From NCBI GenBank assembly GCA_038087875.1, contig CM075981.1:1736001-1800000 (forward strand): a stretch of DNA of 64,000 nt, in the 5' to 3' direction. The notes beneath the pieces are model-generated. The model saw nothing but the letters and a program-made list of their open reading frames with translations. It made no database searches and had not been told where the DNA came from. Below, one piece after another: positions 49,987 through 62,415 of the stretch. A program made the position numbers and the translations under genes. Position 1 is the stretch's first letter. Every line of letters begins with the position of its first letter. This DNA comes from Malacoraja senta. Its lineage: Eukaryota.

Positions 49987-52900
49987 AAAATAGTAAGATT
50001 AAACGAGAACTTACCTAAGTTTGAAGTTTGATCTTTATTTTATGAGGAGTTACGTAGGTGATTACATGAAGAACCCCGCCAGTGCGCCTGCGCGTCAATC
50101 TTCAAAGCAGCGGTGTGAAATCACAAAAAACAACAACCGAAGTAATATAGTCTCATACTAAAACGAGTAAGACAAGAACTTCCATCTGACCTTTATGATA
50201 GAGGGTAGGGTCGTGGCGGGCACGTAATCACCTACGTAACTCCTCATAAAATAAAGATCAAACCTCAAACTTAGGTAAGTTCTCGTTTAATCTTACTATT
50301 TTACTTCGGAGTCACGTGAGTGACTACGTGAAGATTTTAAAGCTTTGTGATTTCATGCCGTGGATCAATCCCGGCTTCTCACTGCATAGATTGACTCGGA
50401 ACGAGAATAATCAATCATGCATTCATAATAACATTTGTACCACAAATGCAGTAATTCATTTCAAGAATGAAATGAATCAGATCCCCTTTAAACCAGAGGA
50501 ATTTACACAGAACTTAAAATAGTTTCTGCAAACAACCCCGCATTAACAATAGGCCGATGGTAAAAATGTTGAAACATCAACTCATTGGACCACCCGGCGG
50601 CTGCGAGGATATGGTCGACGGGGCCGTCTTTTGCCCTGGCCGCCGACATTTCTGCTGCCCTAGTCGAGTGAGACGTAAAAACATAAGTGTTAATACCAGC
50701 AGCTGTTAAGACTTCTTTTATCCATCTGGAAATAGTCTGTATTGAAACTCTCTTGTGTGGTTTCTTGTGTGTAATCAACAACCCAGTTTCCGTATTCTCA
50801 AATTCTTTGTGACCTCAATGTATTGTAATAAATATGTCTTCATACAGAGACATGGATCATTTGGATATGCTGCCAGCATAATTTTAAATCCTGTCACACC
50901 TGGCCTAATTTGCTTTAGTAGGTCATAGATATAGAATGTAACCTTGTCTTCAGTTACTTCCATACTGTCTATTTGTAATTCTCCAAGTGTTTGCACTCGT
51001 TGCGCTGTCACTCATGCCATAAACATGAATACTTTCATACTGAGCTTGACCAAAGGTAAAGACACACTTGATGACCATCACGAAGTAGTTTCAGTACCAC
51101 ACTTACATCCCAGATTGTCACGTACCTAGGTTTGGAATTAAAGATTCCTTTCATTAATCTGGAAACAATTGGGTGTGACCCAATTGAGTTTCTTTCTGAA
51201 TCCAGAACCAAATATGAGGACAATGCACTTCTGGCTGAATTAATTGCACTACAACTCAGACCTTCATCATAATAAAGTTTTGACAGAAATTCTAAACATT
51301 TGAAATATCTGCAGTACTTTATTGCACATTCTTTTGTACCCAGAACTCTTCCCATTTCTTAACATAAGAAAGGTACTGTTTTTGAGTGCTCTTCCTCCAG
51401 ACTGCCGTAAGCATGTCCACAGTATGCTCAGACAGTCCTCGTCCCAGAAAAGGCATTCTTAAAACCTGCAAATCAACAAATCCAAACGATCATATAATGG
51501 ATGTTGTTCCCCTGTACAGGGTGCAGCAATAAATTACTCTTTTTTGGGACTTTCATCAACATTTGTGTTGTTAATTCTAATATCAACGGATACCATGGCT
51601 GTGTAGGCCAATCTGGTACTACCAATACCCTTGAAGCAGCATCTTGCCTGATTTTAAGCAAACATTGGCTTATGAGGCAGAAAGGTGGAAATATATATGA
51701 AAACATACCACCCCAATGTAGCGAGAAAGCATCAATCGCCACTGCTCCTGGATCTGGTTTCCATGAGACATATCTCGATAGCTGATGATTCAAGTCGATG
51801 TCGGTCATTCCAAATCTGATGACTATATCATTGAATACCTCTTGATTCAACATCCATTCTTTATTATCATGGAACTTTTCGTGACCTCGTGTCTGCTATC
51901 GTTCATTCTACCTGGTAGATAGATAGCTGAAATCCAAATGTTCTTTTCAATACACCAAGCCCAAAGTTGATTAACCATTTTGTCACAAGACACCGACTTA
52001 ATTCCATATCATTAATATAAACAACTACTGTTGTGTTATCAATTTGAACTTGAACATGCTTATTAGTTGTGTTAGAACAATAAGCTTGGAGCCCATAGAA
52101 ACATCCTAGAAGCTCCAAATAGTTAATTCCCCATGTCTGCAGTAACAATGACTCTTCCTGATTCCATCTGCCTCCTCAGCTAGATGTTAAGTCAGTTGCA
52201 CCCCATCCTGGTGCACTGGCATCAGTTTGTAATATCATGGAAGGTTGTTCAATCAGCACTTTGCTGGAACTGCTTGAGACATGTAGAATCCACCACTGCA
52301 GATCAGAAACAGCATTTGTTGTTAGTTGCATGGTTCTATCAAAATGACCAACATGCATTCTCGGTGCCTGTTCTTTAAGTCTCTGCAGCTGTTGATAATG
52401 TAATGGTCCGAATTGGACTGCTGGGAATGCTGCTACTAATTTTCCCAGTACACGAGCCACCTGTCTAATTGAAGGTTTTTGCTCGTTTAGGAGATTACTG
52501 CAATCTTTAATCAAATCCACCTTTTTCCCTGGGCAAAGTAATATTCATTTGGACTGAATCAATTGTGAACCCCAAATAATTAATAGAGGTACATGGTGTT
52601 AACCTAGATTTCTGTGGATGAATTAGAAACCCCAAATTTTCAAAAGTTGATTTCACAACTGCAACAGATACTTCTGTTGACTGTTTTGTCTTTCCTATAA
52701 TCAAGACATCATCCAAATATGCCATTGGTACATGCCCCTGGCTACTCAGTAAGCCCAGAATTGGTTTTAACAATTTTGTGAATATTCTGGGTGCAGATAT
52801 TAACCCATTAGGCAGAGCTTTGAACTGCCACAACTGGTTCATCCATTTAAATTTAAGATACTTCCTATCTTCTGAATGAACAGACACTGAATAATATGCA

Positions 52901-54770
52901 TTTTTCAAGTCTATAGTTGCCATATAACATGCTTCTGAAATAAGCTGTTTGGCAGTCACAAATGTTTCCATTTTAAAATGTCTAAATTGCACAAAAGGAT
53001 TCAGATTTATCAAATCTACAAGAATCCTACATCCTCCATCCTTTTTTGATCGAGGGAATATATTTGACACAAATTGGTGACTTTGGTAGACTGATTTTTC
53101 AATAACCCCTTTTTTATATAGGGTTTCAATTGCAACCTGAACCTCCATCACTTCTTTTTGTACAAAGTGCAGAGTTCGGCTAGGAACATGCTGAACAGGC
53201 AAATCATAATTTGGATTGAATTCAATTCGAAATCCTTGTATATTATTCAGGATTACCACATCTGAAGTAATTTTCTTCCAATTATTATAGAAGAAATGTA
53301 ACCTGCCTCCAACTTTTGGACTTAATCCAGTTAGTATGTTCCCATGAGAACCAGGTCCACCTACCTCTTGAGTCATTTGAGTACCCTGAGATTCCTGGGT
53401 TCTCCCGGAAGCACGCCCACTGGTTCTTGCTCCCGCTGCAGGCCGCCAACTACGTCCCTGCGTTGATGAGCGACTTGGTCCAGGATCCGTATGACGTCTG
53501 AAAGGATACTTCCTCTTTACAGACTTCACAACCATTGATGTCTTCATCAATCATGTTTTCGCTTCATCTTCCAACTCTTTAATACGTCTCCCGAGATCTC
53601 TCCAAAGAGTAAGTTGGGTAATTTGTATATTACTTGGTTTGCAGAGTGCTGCGAATTTCGGATTCATAGTAGACCGTATAGCACTTCTCGAAGTGGGTGC
53701 TGCATAGCAACCCCAGTGCTTGCTGATGCAACTTCGTCATCTTTTGGTTGTTACCTGCTATTCTGGTAAAAGCAGTTATTCCAGAACCCAGCAGATTTAA
53801 TATTCTCTGCAACTGATTCCAGATACTCTTGCAGTCTCATCCATTTCATGCTGTTCCAGCTAATGGTAAACCAAGTAATTTATTAAGGAGGCCAGTTCTT
53901 CCTAATGGCTCTCCTGACCCTGACGGGGCAGCGAATCCTACTACCAGGGGTGGAACATCTGGCAGCTGCCTTTCATCGCCTTGTACAGCCTCACCGTCAG
54001 AGTCGGGGTCTGAAATCTCATGACCCGTAGCACGCTCCTCATTCCTGAGGGTGCATTCCATCAGCCCTGAGCCAGGTGCTGTTAAGCTGCTCCTGCAGCT
54101 TGGATTACAGTACACTCCTTCCTGAGTGAACTTTTGCTCCAACAACCTATGAAAAAGGCTTCTATTTGGGCAATACCCTCGAAAGCAGTATCTAGCCCTG
54201 TACCAGGAGCTGTTTGAGCTGTTTCCAGCAGCTTGGCTTTCAGAACACTCCTTCCTGAGTGAACTTTGCTCCAACAGCCTGTGTAAAAGGCTTTCTATTT
54301 GGGCAATACGCTCTAAAGCAGTATCTAGCCCTGGAGCTTCTTCATTGCCTGGGACTCCCTCCGTTGGGATTTAAACTTTGTCTTTTGCCCGACAGGCACT
54401 GACTGTGTTTTCACCAGCCCCAGGTCCACAGTCGCTATGCTCACCGCTGGCGACTGTACCGGGGTTTAGAGGCGGTTGGTCTCTAACCGCGGACTCCCGA
54501 CTTTCCCGACTTCTGTCGGCTATGTCGCTCGCCTCTTCCCCCTGTCCGTTTTTTCCCATGGCGTCTGTGGAAAAAATCCCCATAGACCCACAGTAAACGG
54601 ACCTGGAAAACCTGTAAAAAAGTTTTTACTTACCTTGTAGTTGAAAAACTACAAACCACTCGAGGAGCTCTGCTCCTCACGTCCGTTTGCGTCAAGGCGT
54701 CTGACGTAATGACGCGCAGGCGCACTGGCGGGGTTCTTCACGTAGTCACTCACGTGACTCCGAAGTAAAA
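49987..54770 (-). mobile_element. DIRS1-like retrotransposon, copy 2 (gag, RT/RNaseH, Dam-like MTase, tyrosine recombinase; frameshifted)
   Basis: RT 52507-53550 (IDLKNAYY, LPNGLISAP, YLDD); RNaseH TDAS..GWG and INYLEL; MTase YIFPPF; YR AQR, HSTR, AAGWS, FYHRP; ICR at about 50221-50334; ITRs. Confidence 0.93.
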
Positions 54771-56892
54771 TTCCACAGATTCACCACTCTCTGTGTAAAA
54801 AATGATTTTCTCATCTCGGTCCTAAAAGACTTCCCTCTTATCCTTAAACTGTGACCCCTAGTTCTGGACTTCCCCAACATCGGGAATAATCTTCCTGCAT
54901 CTAGCCTGTCCAACCCCTTATGAATTTTGTAAGTTTCTATAAGATCCCCCTCAATCTTCTAAATTCTAGCGAGTACAAGCCGAGTCTATCCAGTCTTTCT
55001 TCATATGAAAGTCCTGCCATCCCAGGAATCAGTCTGGTGAACCTTCTCTGTAGTCCCTCTATGGCAAGAATGTCTTTCCTCAGATTAGGAGACCAAAACT
55101 GTACGCAATACTCCAGGTGTGGTCTCACCAAGACCCTGTACAACTGCAGTAGAACCTCCCTGCTCTTATACTCAAATCCTTTTGCTATGAATGCTAACAT
55201 ACCATTTGCTTTCTTCACTGCCTGCTGCACCTGCATGCCTACTTTCAATGACTGGTGTACCATGACACCCAGGTCTCGTTGAATCTCCCCTTTTCCTAAT
55301 CGGCTACAATTCAGATAATAGTCTACTTTCCTGTTTTTGCCACCAAAGTGGATAACCTCACATTTATGCACATTATACTGCATCTACCATGCATTTGCCC
55401 ACTCACCCAGCCTATCCAAGTCACCTTGCAGCCTCCTAGCATCCTCCTCACAGCTAACACTGCCCCCCAGCTTCGTGTCATCCACAAACTTAAAGATGTT
55501 GCATTCAATTCCCTCATCCAGGTCATTAATATATATTGTAAATAGCTGGGGTCCCAGCACTGAGCCTTGCGATACCCCACTAGTCACTGCCTGCCATTCT
55601 GAAAAGGACCCGTTTACTCCTACTCTTTGCTTCCTGTCCGCCAGCCAGTACTCTATCCACATCAGTACTGAACCCCCAATACCGTGTGCTTTAAGTTTGC
55701 ATACTAATCTCTTATGTGGGACCTTGTCGAAAGCCTCCTGAAAGTCCAGATATAACACATCCACTGGTTCTCCCTTATCCACTCTATTAGTTACATCCTC
55801 ATTTAACCCCCGGTCCCTTGCTATTTCCGGCAGATTATTTATGTCTTCCTCAGTGAAGACAGAACCAAAGCAGTTATTCAATTGGTCTGCCATGTCCTTG
55901 TTCCCCATGATCAATTCGCCTGTTTCTGACTGCAAGGGACCTAGATTTGTTTTAACTAATCTTTTGCTCTTCACATATCTATAAAAACTTTTGCAGTCAG
56001 TTTTTATGTTCCCTGCCAGTTTTCTTTCATAATCCATTTTCCCTTTCCTAATTAAGCCTTTTGTCCTCCTCTGCTGGACTCTGAATTTCTCCCAGTCCTC
56101 TGGTAGGCTGCTTTTTCTGGCTAATTTGTACACTTCATCTTTTGTTTTGATACTATCCCTGATTTCCCTTGTTATCCACGGATGCACTACCTTCCCCGAT
56201 TTATTCTTTTGCCAAACTGGGATGAACAATTGTTGTAGTTCATCCATGCAGTTTTTAAATGCCTTCCATTGCATATCCACCGTCAACCCTTTAAGAATCA
56301 TTTGCCAGTCTATCTTGGCCAATTCACGTCTCATACCCTCAAACTCACCTTTCTTTAAGTTCAGGACCCTTGTTTCTGAATTAACAATGTCACTCTCCAT
56401 CCTAATGAAGAACTCAACCATATTATGGTCACTCTTGCCCAAGGGGGCACGCACAACAAGACTGCTAACTAACCCTTCCTCATTACTCAATACCCAGTCT
56501 AGAATAGCCTGCTCTCTCGTTGGTTCCTCTACATGTTGGTTTAGAAAACTATCCCGCATACATTCCAAGAAATCCTCTTCCTCAGCACCCCTGCCAATTT
56601 GATTCATCAAATCTATATGTAGATTGAAGTCACCCATTATAATTGTTTTACCTTTGTTGCACGCATTTCTAATTTCCTGTTTGATGCCATCCCCAACTCC
56701 ACTACTACTGTTAGGTGACCTGTACACAACTCCCACCAGCGTTTTCGGCCCCTTAGTGTTTCGCAGCTCTACCCATACCGATTCCACATCCTCCAAGCTA
56801 ATGTCCTTCCTTTCTATTGCGTTACTCTCCTCTCTAACCAGCAACGCTACCCCGCCTCCTTTTCCTTTCTGTCTATCCCTCCTGAATATTGA
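54771..56892 (-). mobile_element. CR1 LINE, same subfamily as 19370-22605, with internal deletion and missing 3' tail
   Basis: ORFs 55384-56844 and 54937-55383 nearly identical to the 19896 copy; 3' end abuts DIRS copy 2. Confidence 0.9.
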
Positions 56893-56899
56893 AGTTAGT

Positions 56900-59800
56900 T
56901 TTTAGTAAGAGGGTGGTGAATCTGTGGAATTCTTTGCCACAGACGGCTGTGGAGGCCAAGTCAATGGATATTTTTATGGCAGAAATGGATAGATTCTTGA
57001 TTAGTACAGGTGTCAGGGGCTATGGGGAGAATGGGGTTGAGAAGGAAAGAAAGATCAGCCATGATTGAAAGGCGGAGTAAACTCGATGAACTGAATGGCC
57101 TCATTCTGTTCCTACTGCTGATGAACTTATGAAGACGTGCGGGTTTGCAGGTTAATTGGTTTTTGTAAATTGCCCCCTAGTGTGTAGGGAGTGGATGAGA
57201 AAGTGAGATGGGGCGGCAAGGTGGCGCAGGGGTGTAGTTGCTGCCTCACAGCGCCAGAGACCCGGGTTCGATCCTGACTGCGGGCGCTGTCAGCATGGGG
57301 AAAGAGAGAGGATTGAGAGCTTCAATTTTTAAAATATTACCAGCGATCTGTGGTGGACCAAGAAGACACATCAACTCCTGTATAAACATAGAACACAGGT
57401 GCAGGAGTAGGCCATTCGGCCCTTCGAGCCAGCACCGCCATTCAATATGATCACGGCTGATCATCCAAAATCAGTACCCCCGTTCCTGCTTTCTCCCCAT
57501 ATCCCTTTGATTCCGTTGGCCCTAAGAGCTAAATCTAACTCTCTTGAAAACATCCAGCGAATTGGCCTCTACTGCCTTCTGTGGCAGAGAATCCCCACTT
57601 CCTCATTCGCTGCAAGGCGGCAACTCTACCGCTGCGCCACCGTGACCACCCGGTCGATGCCCTATGACTCTCTGACTCTGAGAGTCCCGACCCAAAACGT
57701 CACCCATTCCTTCTCTCCAGAGATGCTGCCTGACATAGAAAACATAGAAAACATAGAAAATAGGTTCAGGAGGAGGCCATTCGGCCTTTCGAGACAGCAC
57801 CGCCATTCATTGTGATCGTGGCTGATCGTCCCCAATCAATAACCCGTGCCTGCCTTCTCCCCATATCCCTTGATTCCACTAGCCCCTAGAGCTCTATCTA
57901 ACTCTGTCTTAAATCCATCCAGTGACTTGGCCTCCACTGCCCTCTGTGGCAGGGAATTCCACAAATTCACAACTCTCTGGGTCAAAAAGTTTTTTCTCAC
58001 CTCAGTCTTAAATGACCTCCCCTTTATTCTAAGACCGTGGCCCCTGGTTCTGGACTCGCCCAACATTGGGAACATTTTTCCTGCATCTAGCTTGTCTGAC
58101 CAGCTGAGTTACTCCAGCACTTTGTGTCTACCCTTTATTCATAGGTCAGGAGGGTCTGGACACCAGCACAGTTTTCCATTTGCTTTGCCTACTCTTACAT
58201 AAAGAGCAATCCGTAGCCCTATAAACCCCTATTCAACTGAAACCATTTCACTCCAATCAGTTACTGATTATTAGAAACAGGCGGCACAGCGGTAGAGTTG
58301 CTGCCTTACAGTGCTTGCAGCTCCGGAGACCTGGGTTCGATCCCGACTACGGGCACTGTCTGTACGGAGTTCGTACGCTCTCCCCTTGACCTGCGTGGGT
58401 TTTCTCCGAGATCGTCGGTTACCTCCCGCACTCCGAAGACTTTCAGTGCCACAGAAAGTAGTTGAGGCCAGTTCATTGGCTATATTTAAGAGGGAGTTAG
58501 ATGTGGCCCTTGTGGCTAAAGGGATCAGGGGGTATGGAGAGAAGGCAGGTACGGGATACTGAGTTGGATGATCAGCCATGATCATATTGAATGGCGGTGC
58601 AGGCTCGAAGGGCCGAATGGCCTACTCCTGCACCTATTTTCTATGTCTATGTCTATATAAGTCTGCACAGAAGCAAGCTGGTTTTAACCTGGGTCAAGCT
58701 CTGTCAGTTGCTTCCTTTTGTTAACTGGCTTGGTGTAAATGTTTAAAAAAAAATTGTCCCTAGTGTGTGTAGGATAGTGTTACTGTGCGGGGATCGCTGG
58801 TCGGTGCGGACTCGGTGGGCCGAAGGGCCTGTTTCCGCGCTGTGTCTTTAAACTAAGCTAAAGTATCTACAATGTCAATGGTACAGAATGATAAGAGAAC
58901 CATTCGTAATCTTCAATCAACAAACAACAAACATGCCAGGATAAAACCAAAATGATTCTGCAATTTTCTAGGAACCCCAGTCCTCGACAGTCAATGGTAT
59001 GCCAACTCTCAACATGGGCAAAACATAGAGTCACGGAGTAACGCAGCACGGAAACAGGCCCTTCGGCCCAACTTGCCGACACCGACCAAGGTGCCCCATC
59101 TACGCTAGTCCCACCTGCCCGCGTTTGCCCCAACATCCCTCTATATCTGTCCCATCCATGTACCTGTCCAGGTGCACTTAAATTCCCGTGGCATGATGGC
59201 GCAGCGGTAGAGTTGCTGCCTCACAGCGCCAGAGACCAAGGTTCGATCCTGATGACCGGTGCTGTCTGTGTGGAGTTTGTACGTTCTCCCTGTGACCTAC
59301 ATTGGTTTTCTCCAGGTGCTCCACTCCAAAGACGTGCAGGTTTGTAGGTTAATTGGCTTCTTTAATAATTGTTCCCAGTGTGTGTAGGGTAGAACTAGTG
59401 TACGGGGTGATCGCGGGTCGGCGCGGACTCGGTGGGCCGAAGGGCCTGTTTCCACGCTGTATCTCTGAACTAAATACTGTTATAGCAATGTACCTGCATC
59501 AACTACCTCCTCTGGCAACTCGTTCCATAGACCCACCACCCTCTGTGTGAAACAATTACCCCTCAGGTTCAGTGGGTAATTTTAAGGCAGAAATTGACAG
59601 ATTCTGCGGTGGCGCAGAGGTGGAGTTGCTGCCTTACAGTGCCCCGGTTCGATCCCAACCACGGGTGCTGTCTGTACGGAGTATGTACGTTCTCCCCGTG
59701 ACCTGCGTGGGTTTTCTCCGAGATCTTTGGTTTCATAGAAACATAGAAACATAGAAAATAGGTGCAGGAGTAGGCCATTCGGCCCCATTAGCCAGCAGCG

Positions 59801-60325
59801 ACATTCAATATGATCATGGCTAATCATCTAAAATCAGTACCCCTTCCTGCTTTTTCCCCATACCCCTTGATTCCTTTAGCCCCAAGAGCTAAATCTAACT
59901 CTCTCTTGAAAACATCCAGTGAATTGGCCTCCACTGCCTTCTGTGGCAGAGAATTCCACAGATTCACAACTCTCTGGGTGAAAATATTTTCCTCATCTCA
60001 GTTCTAAATGGCCTTATACCCCTTATTCTTAAACTGTGTGTGACCCCTGGTTCTGGACCCCCAACATCGGGAACAAGTTTCCTCCATTTAGCCTGTCCAA
60101 TCCTTTAGTAATTTTATGTTTGTATAAGATCTCCTCTCATCCATTTCCTCCCACACTCCAAAGACGTACAGGTTTGTAGGTTAATTGGCTTGGTATAAAT
60201 TTAAAGATTATCCCTAGTGTGTGTAGGATAGTGTTAATGTGCGGGGATCGCTGGTCGGTGGGCTGAAGGGCCTGTTTCCGCGCTGTATCTCCAAACTAAA
60301 CTAAACTAAGCTAAACTAAACCAAA
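56900..60325. mobile_element. Dense nest of short CR1 3' ends and V-SINEs (e.g. CR1 57380-57595 -, 57730-58095 -, 58446-58660 +, 59735-60140 -; SINEs 58280-58865, 59190-59475, 59605-60325 +)
   Basis: Repeated CR1 3' UTR gatcagccatgatc..gggccgaatggcct..ctatgtttc and SINE heads and tails; boundaries approximate. Confidence 0.8.
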
Positions 60326-60474
60326 CTGAACAGATGCGCTACAATGCTGAGAACTATATTCTGCATTCTACTCCGCACAATATGACAATTATATATATAT
60401 GGCAAACATTTATGGTCCCAGCACCAATTCCAGCCCAGACCCTCGAGGCAGAACAACAATCTTACGCCTCTACC

Positions 60475-60900
60475 TTAGCCTTCTATGAACGCAGATTGGA
60501 GGAACAGCACCTCATATATCACTTGGGCAGCTGACAACCCAGCAGTATGAATATCGACTTCTCATACTTCAAGTAAACCTTGCTTTCCCTCTCTCTCCAT
60601 CCCTACCCCATCCTAATTTTCCGCCCAGTCTGACTGTCCTCCTGATTACATTTTATCTCTGTATGCTTTCGTTGTCACCTTCCCCTAGCTAACGATGATC
60701 TATTCTACATTTTCCTGGATCTCCGCCCTCTTTGTTGTCTCCTTTTCACACCTTGCACTTCCTTATCTCCGATTCTCCCTTTCTCCTGACTCTCAGTCTG
60801 AGGAAGGGTCTCGACCCGAAACCTCACCCATTCCCTCTCCCCAGAGATGCTGCCTGTCCCGCTGGGTTACTTCAGCGTTTTGTGTCCATCTGCTGTCCCT
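60475..60900 (+). mobile_element. Penelope-like 3' fragment with hammerhead-like core at 60798-60825
   Basis: LEEQHLIYHLGS..QPSSMNIDFSYFK remnant; CTGAGGA-AGGGT-CTCG-ACCC-GAAAC-CTC. Confidence 0.8.
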
Positions 60901-61169
60901 TCCTACACAGTGTTGGGTCCAACTTGCAAAAGCTCCAGGCATCCCATAACCTTCTAGACCAGCCCACGGTGTGGGAGCTTGTGCGTGAGAGTGAACGGTT
61001 GGAGTGGAAGAGATAACAAATCTTAGATTTGAATCGCAGTGAAGGCCTTGCCAACAAAGTAACCTTCAATTGTTTTAAAGGTTTGATTTAGTTATCTTTT
61101 ATTTCCACATATTTTCCAGCGCAATATTCGTGCAGTCTGGTGCGGTTTGTAACACACTGTGTCAGATTG

Positions 61170-62415
61170 TTTTAATTTAGTTCAGTTTTAGTTTTAGAGA
61201 TACAGGCCCTGTTTAGAGAAACAGGCCCTTCGGCCCACCGAGTCCGCACCGTTCAGCGATCCCCGCACACCAACACTACCCCAGGCGGACTAGGGACAAT
61301 TTACATTTATACCAAGCCAATTAACCTACACACCTGTAGAGAGATTAGAGATTAGAGATTCCTTTATTTGTCATTCAGACCTTTCGGTCTGAACGAAATT
61401 TCGTTGCCTGCAGTCATACATATAATAATAAATGACAAAACACACAATAAACACAAATTAACATCCACCACAGTGAGTTCACCAGGCACCTCCTCACTGT
61501 GATGGAGGCAAAAGTCTTAAAGTCTCTGTCTCTTCCCGCTTTCTTCTCCCTCTGCGCTGAGGCGATCCAGGCTTCTGATGCTGTGGCCCCGCCGGGCGAC
61601 GGTAAGCCAGTCCAGCGGCCGAATCCGTGCTCCACGACGGGCCGGTTCAAACTCCGTGGCCTGGGGTGGTCGAAGCTGCCGAAGCTGCCGCCCTCCAGTA
61701 CGTCTTTGGAGCACTTTATACGTCTCTGTAAAGGGCCTGTCCCACAGGCATGCGACTCCATGCAGCAAGCGCGATCTAACCGGAAGTGGGGGCCGCGCGG
61801 AGGCTGCGCGGAGGTCGAGTGATCCCGTACAGGGCCGGTCCCACCAGCATGTGGCTGCATGCGGCAAGCGCGACCAAACCGGAAGTGGGGGCTGCGCAGA
61901 GGTCGAGTGACGTCAAGACGGTGCGTACGGCATCGAGGCGGTGCGCACGGCGTCGAGGCGGCTGCGGGGCGGCAGGCCTTTGCCGCGCGGAGTTTTTGAA
62001 CAGTGTCAGTTTTTTGGAGCCCCGCGCGATGTTGGGACCAGCTCCGCACATCTCCATACGGCTCCGGCGATCGAATTGGGACCAGCCCCGCGACCTCCGC
62101 GCAGCTCCCGCACGGCCCCCCGCTTCCAGTTAGGTCGCGCTTGCCGCATGGAGTCGCATGCCCCTGGGACAGGCCACTTAACTCTCCAAAAATAGCCCAG
62201 TGTGATTTCAAACACCAGGCCCGGCAGCTGCTTAATCCCAATGTTCTGTTCAAAAACATGGCCTTAAGAACGTGGGAGGAAACCGAAGATCTCGGAGAAA
62301 ACCCACGCGGGTCACGGGGGGAGAACGTAAAACTCCGTACAGACAGCACCCGTAGTCGGGATCGAACCGGGGTCTCCGGCGCTGTGAGGCAGCAGCTCTA
62401 CCGCTGCGCCACCGT
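61170..62415 (-). mobile_element. V-SINE split by nested inserts (LINE-tail element 61339-61697 and Harbinger MITE)
   Basis: SINE 3' part at 61170-61338, a short piece gtacgtctttggag at 61698, and the 5' part at 62266-62415. Confidence 0.75.
61732..62178. mobile_element. PIF/Harbinger-type MITE with long GC-rich TIRs
   Basis: About 85-bp imperfect TIRs beginning agggcctgtccc, flanked by TAA on both sides; the same terminus recurs at 62451. Confidence 0.75.

Noticed and set aside
20195-56905. Antisense ORFs over CR1 and L1 elements (e.g. 20195-20638, 21840-22232, 55337-55741, 56126-56602)
   Set aside because: Mirror frames of retrotransposon ORF2, recurring with each TE copy.
12000-62415. 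tRNA-like A/B box sequences (tggcacagcggtag..ggttcgatcc) at many positions
   Set aside because: They are heads of V-SINEs, each followed by the SINE central domain; none forms a complete tRNA cloverleaf gene.
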